Positions 9,535-18,003 of a stretch of 54,094 nt of DNA are shown here, in pieces. Made by a program: the position numbers and the translations under genes. This DNA comes from an uncultured archaeon (GTDB lineage Archaea > Iainarchaeota > Iainarchaeia > Iainarchaeales > Iainarchaeaceae). The stretch spans positions 1 to 54,094 of the forward strand of contig CABMIU010000025.1 of assembly GCA_902386385.1 (NCBI GenBank), read 5' to 3'. The notes beneath the pieces were generated by a model. The model searched no databases, was not told the DNA's origin, and saw nothing but the letters and a program-made list of their open reading frames with translations. The first letter of the stretch is position 1. Each line of letters begins with the position of its first letter.

Positions 9535-10176
9535 TCAGTGCTCGCGCATGAGAACTTCCACTTCGTGCCTCGAATGCCTTTTACCCAGGCCAAGGATTAC
9601 TGCAATCGCCTTCATGAGAAGGGCAACCACTCCAAAGAGGAAAACCGTTTTCCCGCTGACGGTTGTGAGAAAATAGCCGGACCTCAAAAAGGAGAGGTGA
9701 ATCAGCATGAACACGAGCGCAGCATACCCTATTGGCTGCAGGGATTTCCAGTTACCGAACCCAATTCTTTCAAGGTAATGCGGAAGCGATGCAATTGCGA
9801 GGCCGCAGAGGACTGCAAGGCCAAGCACCCAGAAAACCCATGCCAGAAAGTCAGGGTTCTGGGCAGAGAACATGAAAAGGAAATCAAGCTTGTATGCACC
9901 CACCGCAGCAATGCCAAAATAAAGCAGGGCAAACAATGTGCCTGCGTATGCAACCGGCTTCCTGTAAAGGAGGTCATGGCTGAACTTTTTCGGGAATACG
10001 CGCGACAAAGGGCCGAGGACAAGGGCAACCGAAACCATTATCATCGAGGCGACAAGCAGCGAGCGCCCTGTGTTTTCCCAGAAGCCGAAGCCGTTGCCGG
10101 AAATAAGGTTGAATGTCAGGAAAAAAAGCAGCACGAGGAACGAATTCACATAAGCCCTGAACTCGCCCCAGTACAT
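9535..10176 (-). CDS. Ferric reductase-like (MsrQ-like) transmembrane protein
   Basis: About six TM helices; SVALVLGPL, RKPVAY and WKSLQPIGY...IH pattern. Confidence 0.6.
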   Translation of the reverse strand: MYWGEFRAYVNSFLVLLFFLTFNLISGNGFGFWENTGRSLLVASMIMVSVALVLGPLSRVFPKKFSHDLLYRKPVAYAGTLFALLYFGIAAVGAYKLDFLFMFSAQNPDFLAWVFWVLGLAVLCGLAIASLPHYLERIGFGNWKSLQPIGYAALVFMLIHLSFLRSGYFLTTVSGKTVFLFGVVALLMKAIAVILGLGKRHSRHEVEVLMREH

Positions 10177-10384
10177 GCTGAAATTAATGGGAAAACGGAT
10201 ATTTATTACTTACTTTGCCTCCGTCCCCAACAAAAACAAAAAAATGCCCGAAGCCTCGCAAGGCAAAAAAGGACAATTGGCAAAATGGCCTTTTGATTTT
10301 GTGGTACAGCGAACTGGAATTTTGCCGAAGCTGCATTAGTGTTTTAATCTCTTCATCTTTCCATTCTTCCGCGGGCAGGGTGAC

Positions 10385-11167
10385 ATGCAGGGGCTTTCGG
10401 CTGCAAAACAGGAAATAGAGAAGGGCGTTCTGGCGAAGAGCATGCTGACCATAGTCGGCGACTGCTCTGTTGACTACTTAGGCAGGGCTACCTCCACCCT
10501 TGCGATGGGAAAGCGGCTCGTGCTTATAAAGGGCGACGGCTCGGTTTCAATCCACCAGAACAGGCTCGTTCGCCCCACGAATTACATGGTCGGGACAAAA
10601 ATATCCTGCGAGCTATGCAACGGGGGCAGCAATCTCGTGCTGAGGGCGAGCAAGCAAAGGCCAAAGGAAGACCTGACAATAATATTCAGCGGCATTGATG
10701 ACCTCAAGGCGTATGAAATGGAGATTGTGAATGACCTTAGGCTCAGCGGCTCCGAACGCGACCTAAACGAGATGCTGATGCAGGACCTTTCAATGATAGA
10801 GCCAGGCCTGAAACCGGTCAACCAGCAGCAGCATTTCCAGAAAGGGGTATGCGACATCATTGCGGAGGACAGGGAAGGCAATTTCGTCGTCATCGAGCTC
10901 AAGAGGAGGCAGGCGGATTACGCAGGTGTCACCCAGTTGCACCGTTACATGCATGAAGTGCAGAAAATGAAGGGCAGGAAAACAAGGGGAATCCTCCTTG
11001 CGCCAGATATAAGGAAGAACGCAAAGAATCTCCTCGAACAACTCGGATTGGAATTCGCGAAGCTCGACTTCGAGCTCACGCCGAGCGGGGAGGAAAAGGC
11101 GAAAATAAAGGGACTGGAGAGGAAACAGAGCAAAATCACGGAGCACATGCACCCGCAACAGGGTTGA
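10385..11167 (+). CDS. nucS: Mismatch endonuclease NucS/EndoMS
   Basis: CSVDYLGRA, IKGDGSVSIH, PTNY, D...VVIELKR and QLHRY motifs. Confidence 0.93.
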   Translation: MQGLSAAKQEIEKGVLAKSMLTIVGDCSVDYLGRATSTLAMGKRLVLIKGDGSVSIHQNRLVRPTNYMVGTKISCELCNGGSNLVLRASKQRPKEDLTIIFSGIDDLKAYEMEIVNDLRLSGSERDLNEMLMQDLSMIEPGLKPVNQQQHFQKGVCDIIAEDREGNFVVIELKRRQADYAGVTQLHRYMHEVQKMKGRKTRGILLAPDIRKNAKNLLEQLGLEFAKLDFELTPSGEEKAKIKGLERKQSKITEHMHPQQG

Positions 11168-11213
11168 TGCATTAGCAGAAACCAAGCGAGAATTGGATTT
11201 TATTCGGTTTTAT

Positions 11214-12482
11214 TTATTTTTTGAACTGGCTTTCGCCTGCAAACAATGCTTTCTTTCCAAGCGCTTCCTCAATCGCGAGAAGCCGGTTGTATTTCGCCGT
11301 GCGCTCGCCCCTCGCGGTTGCGCCGAACTTGCTCTGGCCCGCGCCAATGCCGACGCAGAAATCGGCAATGAAGGAATCCTCGGTTTCGCCGGAGCGGTGC
11401 GAAACAACGACTTTCCAGCCCGCTTTCGAGGCGAGCTTTGCGGCTTCAATCGACTCGGAAACGGTGCCTATCTGGTTCAGCTTGAGGAGGAGCGCATTGC
11501 ATGCTTCCATCCCAATGGCCTCCTTGATGCGATTTGGATTGGTAACCAGGAGGTCATCCCCGACAATCTGCACCTTCGCCCCGAGCCTTGAAGTGAGACC
11601 CATCCAGCCCTTCCAGTCGTCCTCCGCAAGGCCATCCTCGATTGAAATTATCCTGTGCCTGCTGGCAAGGTCGCTGTAAAAATCAATCAGCTCCCCTGAA
11701 GAAAATTGGGCGGATTCCACTTGGTATTTCTTGCCGTTGAAGAACTCGGAAGCTGCGCAATCAAGCCCCAAAAAAACCCTCCCTGAATAGCCCGCATCCT
11801 CAATTGCCTTTTCCATCATCACAAGGCGCTCCCCGAAAGCCAGGCCAGGGGCAAATCCCCCCTCGTCCGCGAGGTGCGTTCCTGCTGCCCCGAATTTGCC
11901 TTTCATCAGGCTCTTGAGGCAGTGATAGGATTCCACGGATGCCTGCAAGGCCCCCGAAAAAGAATTGAACTTCAGCGGAATGAACATGTGCTCCTGTATG
12001 TCGTTCTCCTTTCCGGCGTGCTTGCCGCCGTTGATTACATTAACCATCGGCACGGGCAGGGCAAATTTTTTGTTGCCGGAAATCTTCCCGATGCACTCAA
12101 ACAGCTCCGTTCCCTGTTCGGCCGCAATTGCGCGGGTGAATGCCATTGAAACCGAAAGGATTGCGTTCGCGCCGAGCTTTTCCTTGTTTTCGGTGCCGTC
12201 AAGGCAGATAAGGGAATCATCGAGCTCCTTCTGCGAAGCGAAATTTTTTCCCGATATTTTTTTTGCGATTGCGGTGTTCACGTTTGAAACAGCCTTAAGG
12301 ACGCCTTTGCCCATCCATTCCTTTGCATTGTCCCTCAGCTCATGGGCCTCATGGCTCCCTGTCGAGGCCCCGCTCGGGACCATCGCGGAAAAAATGCCTT
12401 CCCTTGTCGCGAGCCCGCACTGCACAGTCGGGAAGCCCCTGCTGTCCAGCACCTGAAGCGCATGAACGGATTTTATCTTCAT
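11214..12482 (-). CDS. eno: Enolase
   Basis: DSRGFPTV, VPSGASTG, DEGGF, LLLKLNQIG and SHRSGET motifs; start at MKIKSV. Confidence 0.97.
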   Translation of the reverse strand: MKIKSVHALQVLDSRGFPTVQCGLATREGIFSAMVPSGASTGSHEAHELRDNAKEWMGKGVLKAVSNVNTAIAKKISGKNFASQKELDDSLICLDGTENKEKLGANAILSVSMAFTRAIAAEQGTELFECIGKISGNKKFALPVPMVNVINGGKHAGKENDIQEHMFIPLKFNSFSGALQASVESYHCLKSLMKGKFGAAGTHLADEGGFAPGLAFGERLVMMEKAIEDAGYSGRVFLGLDCAASEFFNGKKYQVESAQFSSGELIDFYSDLASRHRIISIEDGLAEDDWKGWMGLTSRLGAKVQIVGDDLLVTNPNRIKEAIGMEACNALLLKLNQIGTVSESIEAAKLASKAGWKVVVSHRSGETEDSFIADFCVGIGAGQSKFGATARGERTAKYNRLLAIEEALGKKALFAGESQFKK

Positions 12483-12639
12483 GGAAAGAAATTGCGCAGT
12501 CCAGTATTTATTGGTTTGCACTGCAAGCTGAGAATTATCACTCCAACAAAAACGCCAAGACAGAATCAAGACGTCTGACAATTTTGGTTTTGGCCATGAA
12601 TGTTTTTGGCAGATTAATTCATACAGAATACTGCAAAGT

Positions 12640-13356
12640 TCACGAGCTCCTTATTTCCCTAGCTTTTTCAGCTGCTTTTTTCACGATGCCGGAGAAGTCA
12701 ACATCCTTGAGCAGGACCCTCGCAATGCTGGAGGAAATGTGGCCCTGCAATGCGCTCGTGTCGGTCTCCGGCAGTTTCCCTGAAACCAGTTTTTTCAGCT
12801 CTTCCTCGGTGAAGGATATGTATTTCAGGCCCCGCAGGCGCAGTTCGGTCGGGCTGCCTTTCTCGCTCAGGATTTCTGAAACAAGGGCGAAATCTATTTT
12901 CGAGAACCGGGAAGTGTAAAAGGCGTCAAACATGAGGTCGCGGCCGAGGAGAATGCAGGATTCAGCCGAAACCCTGCCTGAAGCGATAAGGCCTTTTATT
13001 GCCTCCTGCTTGTAGTACTCGTCAACAAAGCCGGGGCTTTTCATTGACTCGAGAAGGCGGTTGCGGTCAAACTCCAGCTTGGAATTGATATATTCAGGAG
13101 TAAGGAAAATCGTGTTCTCGCCCCTGAAAAAACCACTTATGCCAAGTTCGCCAATCTTTGCCATTGCCTGCTCTTCCTTCTGCCCCGCAACCAAAAAAAG
13201 CTCAACAACGCCCTCTGACTCAAGCTTTGAAAGGCCTTGCATTGCCGCCAAGGCAGCGGCTGAAGCAGCCCCCTCGCCTTTCCCGCTTTCGCGCGGGAAG
13301 GATTCAGGCGTAAAAATCAATGCCTTCGTTGGGCTGTTTTTTTTGTACGGCGCCAT
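12640..13356 (-). CDS. Hypothetical protein, possibly a degenerate HAD fold
   Basis: Long ORF; KALIFTPES and CILLGRDLMFD resemble HAD motifs I and IV without the catalytic Asp. Confidence 0.6.
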   Translation of the reverse strand: MAPYKKNSPTKALIFTPESFPRESGKGEGAASAAALAAMQGLSKLESEGVVELFLVAGQKEEQAMAKIGELGISGFFRGENTIFLTPEYINSKLEFDRNRLLESMKSPGFVDEYYKQEAIKGLIASGRVSAESCILLGRDLMFDAFYTSRFSKIDFALVSEILSEKGSPTELRLRGLKYISFTEEELKKLVSGKLPETDTSALQGHISSSIARVLLKDVDFSGIVKKAAEKAREIRSS

Positions 13357-13431
13357 AAGAATCAAATGCCCTGAAAAAAACAGGCTAAAAAAGGTTTATA
13401 TTAAGCCATGCCCAATAGTATATCGAGAAGC

Positions 13432-14373
13432 ATGAACAGCGAAAGCAGCATACTCCTTTTTTCCGGCAAAAGCAACCCCGGGCTGGCTTCCGAAGTCGCA
13501 AAGGACCTCAAAATACCCCTTGGAAAGGTCGAGTTGACAAAGTTTGCCGACGGCGAAACCTATGTCAATTACGGCGAGACACTGAGGGGAAGAGACGTTT
13601 ACATAATGCAGAGCACCTGCAACCCGCAGAATGACAACCTCATGGAAATGCTCATAATGGTTGATGCCGCGAAGCGCGCGGCGGCCCAGAGGATAACCTG
13701 CGTGATACCCTACTATGGCTATGCAAAGCAGGACAGGAAGGCTCATGACCGTGAGCCAATAACGGCAAAGCTCATTGCAAAGCTCATTCAGTCGGCAGGG
13801 GCTGACGCGGTCCTCACCATGGATTTGCATGCTGACCAGATTCAGGGCTTTTTCGACATCAGGGCGGATTTCCTCTATGCTTCCGGGGTGCTCACGAAAT
13901 ATTTCCTGCAGAAGGACCTGAAGGACATCATGGTTGTAGCGCCTGATGTGGGCAGCACAAAGAGGGCCCGCAAGTACGCGAAAATACTCGGAAGTGATTT
14001 GGCGATAATAGACAAGCGCAGGCCAAAGCCAAATGTGAGCGAGGTGGTCAACCTCATCGGGGATGTCAGCGGAAAAGTCTGCCTCATCGTGGATGATGAA
14101 ATCAATACTGGCGGGACAATAGTCAATGCCGCCGAGGCCCTGATAAAGAAAGGCGCAAAGGAAGTTTATGTCATGGCCTCGCACGCGGTTTTTGCGGGAG
14201 AAGCAATCGGGAAGATAGAGAAAAGCAGCATTAAGGAAATCATTGTCACAAACAGCATACCTGCGCGCTCTGAAAGCCGTAAGATTAAAGTTGTTTCAGT
14301 CGCCCGCCTCTTTGCGGATGCGATAAGATGCATGCACACAAACAAATCCCTGTCCGAACTACTCGGAAGGTAA
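13432..14373 (+). CDS. prs: Ribose-phosphate pyrophosphokinase (class I, bacterial-like)
   Basis: FADGE, PYYGYAKQDR, DLHADQIQGFF, APDVG and VDDEINTGGT motifs. Confidence 0.96.
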   Translation: MNSESSILLFSGKSNPGLASEVAKDLKIPLGKVELTKFADGETYVNYGETLRGRDVYIMQSTCNPQNDNLMEMLIMVDAAKRAAAQRITCVIPYYGYAKQDRKAHDREPITAKLIAKLIQSAGADAVLTMDLHADQIQGFFDIRADFLYASGVLTKYFLQKDLKDIMVVAPDVGSTKRARKYAKILGSDLAIIDKRRPKPNVSEVVNLIGDVSGKVCLIVDDEINTGGTIVNAAEALIKKGAKEVYVMASHAVFAGEAIGKIEKSSIKEIIVTNSIPARSESRKIKVVSVARLFADAIRCMHTNKSLSELLGR

Positions 14374-14555
14374 TCATCCAAGGCTGACCGAAGGCCACCT
14401 CCCTTCCGATAAGCTCCCGGATTGGACAAATGACGTCCTTGCAGGGTTTTGCAAGGCAAATTTCCAAAAGCCCTTAACCTTTTCACCGGATTAACTTTGA
14501 AACGCGCCATAGTTCCAGAAAGTAATTTATATAAGAAAGGGTCCAGATGGAAAAT

Positions 14556-14670
14556 GAGGTGATGATAGAGACAAGGTCTATCAAACTTCGATGGCGTTGG
14601 GGTCAGGCTCACTCGGCTTTGAGAGGAGAACTGCTAAGAGTTCTATGTGATCCCAACCCATCACTCTTAT
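14556..14670 (+). ncRNA. Candidate structured ncRNA A (family unknown)
   Basis: TTTATATA at 14526-14533; hairpin TGATAGA/TCTATCA; 15-bp stem 14590-14605/14648-14662 with a G-U pair on +; inner hairpin AGAACT/AGTTCT. Confidence 0.45.
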
Positions 14671-14975
14671 CCTGCTTTCCGAAATACCCCGCTCTTTCAG
14701 ACCATTAGGCATTGCCCTAATGATTTCAAAAAAGGCTTATTTTCCAGCGCCTGGATTTATTGCATGAAATACCTCCTGATGATTGTCATGGCAGTCGTAA
14801 TCACCATTGTGCAATGGCGCCTTTCAGCAGGGTAGAGGCTCCGAAAAGCCATATGGAAAGGTTTATATAGGGTTGCCAGGAGGAGTACTTCAGAAAGAAG
14901 ATAAAATGCAATAACAGAGCGATTCTGGAAATCATTCTATTTCTTTCAATATCCAAAAAATCAGAGGTGAATTCA

Positions 14976-15059
14976 ATGATACAATTCAAGTACTGCAGGC
15001 AGTGCCACGAAGTGACACAGGAACCTGCAAACGCGTCAGAGCAGCACAAATGCTTCTGA
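14976..15059 (+). CDS. 27-aa putative zinc-finger microprotein MIQFKYCRQCHEVTQEPANASEQHKCF
   Basis: GAGGTGA 5 nt before the ATG; CxxC-x13-HxC pattern; TTTATATA at about 14862. Too short for the ORF track. Confidence 0.6.
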   Translation: MIQFKYCRQCHEVTQEPANASEQHKCF

Positions 15060-15239
15060 AGCCGGCCTTGAAAGGCCATTATATTTGGAAGGCATGATGG
15101 GCAATCACAACTACACGGGGCCCAATGCTTTACAAAAGCTGCCCGCCAATCAAAATGAACGGGGGCGGGCGGCAAAAAATAAATTTATTTCTCCAGCGAG
15201 CCACGCTTTTATTCTTGGCACAGCTTTTCAGCGAAGCTG

Positions 15240-15293
15240 ACACTTTTCTTTTTGGTAAAGCTTTTTCTTTTCGTGTCAACGAAAAGAAAAAGG
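15240..15293. repeat. tRNA-associated hairpin unit at the tRNA-Pro 3' end; direct repeat of 15411-15464
   Basis: ACACTTTTCTTTTT-N6-GCTTTTTCTTTTCGTGTCAACGAAAAGAAAAAGG, with 14-nt and 34-nt blocks identical to the intron copy. Confidence 0.9.
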
Positions 15294-15295
15294 TT

Positions 15296-15506
15296 TGGGG
15301 TCGGGAGGATTTGAACCCCCGCCGCAGCGTCATTCGCAGCCTTTTTCTTTTTCTTGATAAGAAAAAGAAAAACGCTGGCGAAAAAGAAAAAGAACAGCCC
15401 ATAGGGCATTACACTTTTCTTTTTCCCCAGGCTTTTTCTTTTCGTGTCAACGAAAAGAAAAAGGCTGACCCGAACGCTGAATCCTACCAGGCTAGACTAC
15501 GACCCC
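15296..15506 (-). tRNA. tRNA-Pro(CGG) with a 138-nt intron at 37/38
   Basis: Acceptor GGGGTCG/CGACCCC-A; anticodon stem CAGCG/CGCTG with loop TT-CGG-G^A; T arm GGGGG-TTCAAAT-CCTCC. CCA not encoded. Confidence 0.95.
15331..15468 (-). other. tRNA-Pro intron: canonical BHB plus three Y/R-tract hairpins
   Basis: TTCG (32-35) pairs with intron CGAA; 3-nt bulges GG^T and TG^A; closing helix CAGCC/GGCTG. Confidence 0.92.
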
Positions 15507-15660
15507 GAACAACAATATTCAAAATATTTGACTTCTATGCCCGTCATTTTAGGCAGAAACTTTTGCGGTGGGCATGACAAGGAAAATTTTGCATGAAAGG
15601 CTTAAATACCCGAAGGGGCTAATGTTTTAATTTGATTTCAGGGGAGTGGGGGAATAATTT

Positions 15661-17370
15661 TTGGACGAGAAGTTCCTTGCGAGCATAAGCGACAAGTCCA
15701 GCGGCGAGCATTTTTCGGCTTTTCCTGAAGGGTATGAGAAGGGCAGGACAAAATTCGTTATAATCACCGGTTCCGTGATGAGCGGCATAGGGAAAGGCAT
15801 TTTTTCCTCCGCATTGGGTAAGACCCTGCAGGACAGGAACCTGAAGGTCGCGCCGATAAAGGTCGAGGCTTACCTCAACATCGATTCAGGCACCCTGAGT
15901 CCTTACAGGCATGGCGAAGTATTCGTGCTCGACGATGGCACTGAAACCGATATGGACCTCGGCAGCTACGAGAGGTTCCTTGACATGGAGCTTTCAAGGG
16001 ACAATTTCACCACTCACGGCCAGATTTACAAGAGGATTATTGAAAAGGAGAGGGCGGGCTTTTACCAGGGAAGGGATGTGCAGTACATTCCGCATGTCAC
16101 TGGCGAGACGAAGATGGTGCTCAGGAACCTCGCGATGAAGTCGAAGGCGGATATTGTGCTCATTGAAATCGGGGGCACTGTGGGCGACTACGAGAATCTG
16201 TTTGCGATGGAGAGCGTGAGGGAGCTAATTTATGAGGAAGGAGCACAGAATTGCTGCTTTGTCAACCTCACATACATCCTTGAGCCGCACCACCTCGGCG
16301 AGTTCAAGAGCAAGGCAGCGCAGATAGGCCTGAGGCAGCTCATGGGCCTGGGGCTCCAGCCAGACCTGATTGTGTGCAGGAGCGAGCACCCCATAACGAG
16401 GACAGTGAAGGAAAAAATTTCAATGAATGCGAATGTTCCTATCGAGAGGGTTTTCAACACTTATGATGTCGGCAACATTTACGAACTCCCTCTGTTCTAC
16501 AGGGAACAGGGCGTTGACGAGGCAATACTGCAGGTGCTCGGCATGGAGAAGAAGTTCAAGGTGAACGGCAGCAGGAGCCTGAGGGATTGGACGGAGAAGA
16601 ACATCCTGAAACCTGAAAAGGAAGTGACTATCGGGGTTGCCGGAAAATATACTGGAACAAGCGACACTTATATCAGCATTGTAAAGGCATTGGAGCACTG
16701 CTCGGCAGTGCTGAACGCAAAGGTTAACGTGAAGTGGATTGAAGCCACTGATGTCGAGAACGGCAAGAGCAGGATTGAGGAGGAAATGCAGGGCGTGGAC
16801 GGGGTAATCGTGCCTGGCGGATTCGGAACGCGCGGGGTAGAAGGAAAAATTGCGTGCGTCAAATACCTGCGTGAGAACAAGGTGCCTTTCCTCGGGATTT
16901 GCTACGGGTTCCAGATGGCGGTTATCGAATTCTGCCGCAGCATCTGCGGGGTAAAGAATGCCAACACAGAGGAAGTGAAGAAGGATTCCGAGAATAATGT
17001 AATATGCATACTGCCGGAGCAGGAAGAGGTAGAAGGCCTCGGGGGAACGCTCCGCCTCGGCGGGTTTGACATAAAGGTGAAGAAAGGGACCCTGGCATAC
17101 GAGCTTTACGGTAAAAAGGACAAGGTGCGCGAGAGGTTCAGGCACAGGTTCAATGTGAACACAAAGTTCATTGACCTGATTGAAAAGAACGGCATGGTAT
17201 TTTCAGGGATGGCTCCGCAGAAGAGGATAATGCAAATCCTTGAATTGCCGGGGCATCCTTTCTTTGTCGGGACGCAGTATCACGCGGAATTCACCTCAAG
17301 GCCCCTGAAGCCGAACCCTGTGTACCTAGGGTTCGTGAAAGCTGCGCTGAAGAAGAAGTACGGGAAATGA
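15661..17370 (+). CDS. pyrG: CTP synthase
   Basis: GIGKGI, HGEVFVLDDG, EIGGTVGD, VPGGFG, GICYG, RHR and QYHAE motifs; TTG start. Confidence 0.97.
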   Translation: MDEKFLASISDKSSGEHFSAFPEGYEKGRTKFVIITGSVMSGIGKGIFSSALGKTLQDRNLKVAPIKVEAYLNIDSGTLSPYRHGEVFVLDDGTETDMDLGSYERFLDMELSRDNFTTHGQIYKRIIEKERAGFYQGRDVQYIPHVTGETKMVLRNLAMKSKADIVLIEIGGTVGDYENLFAMESVRELIYEEGAQNCCFVNLTYILEPHHLGEFKSKAAQIGLRQLMGLGLQPDLIVCRSEHPITRTVKEKISMNANVPIERVFNTYDVGNIYELPLFYREQGVDEAILQVLGMEKKFKVNGSRSLRDWTEKNILKPEKEVTIGVAGKYTGTSDTYISIVKALEHCSAVLNAKVNVKWIEATDVENGKSRIEEEMQGVDGVIVPGGFGTRGVEGKIACVKYLRENKVPFLGICYGFQMAVIEFCRSICGVKNANTEEVKKDSENNVICILPEQEEVEGLGGTLRLGGFDIKVKKGTLAYELYGKKDKVRERFRHRFNVNTKFIDLIEKNGMVFSGMAPQKRIMQILELPGHPFFVGTQYHAEFTSRPLKPNPVYLGFVKAALKKKYGK

Positions 17371-17403
17371 GTATACTGCAGATAATCCGGCGAAGCGCAG
17401 AAT

Positions 17404-17985
17404 TCAGCTTTTTCCGAGAGCCTCATTGAACAGGCCGGAAGTTTCCTTGTTTTTGAAATTCATGCTGCTTACAATTACTTTCCCTTTTTCCGAAAGGCGG
17501 CGGTACATGAATCTTATCTTGTGCAGGGCTTTTTCCCTGCCGTTCCGTTCAAGGTAGAAAGGGATATTGTATTCCATGAAAGCAAGGCTGTCGGCTTCCA
17601 TGAGCAGGTTGGAGTCATCATTCCCGCCGGATTCATGCCGTTCAACTGCGTTGGCCATCCGGCTTATTTCTTCGTGGCTGAAGCCGTGCTTTTCCATCAT
17701 TTGGCTGAGGATGCCAGCCGACCTTTTCGCGTGCTCTCTTTTGAACTCTTCGTACCCCGAAAATCCATCGAGGCCTTTTTCGGTTATTCCGGTTACTGCT
17801 CTTTCGATGTCATGGCCAAAGGCGGCGATTTTCATTGCGTCCCCGCAGCCAGGGCTGAGTTTTATGAGCCATTTAAGCACGAGTTTTGCGTGGCAAAGCT
17901 CGTTCTTCAGCGGGGAACGCGGAAGAGTGCCCTCGATTTCCTTCTTTATCGCATTAAAGCCAGCCATAAGCAAAAAGCCATGCAA
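17404..17985 (-). CDS. HD-domain protein (DUF4202-like)
   Basis: H...GHDIER...HAKRS...HE...EADSLAF pattern. Confidence 0.7.
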   Translation of the reverse strand: MHGFLLMAGFNAIKKEIEGTLPRSPLKNELCHAKLVLKWLIKLSPGCGDAMKIAAFGHDIERAVTGITEKGLDGFSGYEEFKREHAKRSAGILSQMMEKHGFSHEEISRMANAVERHESGGNDDSNLLMEADSLAFMEYNIPFYLERNGREKALHKIRFMYRRLSEKGKVIVSSMNFKNKETSGLFNEALGKS

Positions 17986-18003
17986 TGGAAATGGCGGGTT
18001 AAT

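Noticed and set aside
14559..14586. Hammerhead ribozyme or C/D box RNA suggested by GTGATGA plus a hairpin
   Set aside because: The CUGAUGA...GAAA core is incomplete and no suitably placed CUGA D box was found.
15240..15300. Prophage or integrative-element att site at the tRNA 3' end
   Set aside because: The duplicated sequence is intron-derived rather than a tRNA 3' half, and no integrase or viral genes are in the window.
15240..15464. CRISPR array suggested by the repeated palindromic 34-mer
   Set aside because: Only two copies, separated by a tRNA exon; no regular spacers and no cas genes.
15125..15577. Phe/Lys-rich ORFs over the tRNA-Pro locus (and 52831-53609 over tRNA-Ser)
   Set aside because: They are translations of the TTTTC/GAAAA tracts and tRNA exons, not real proteins.
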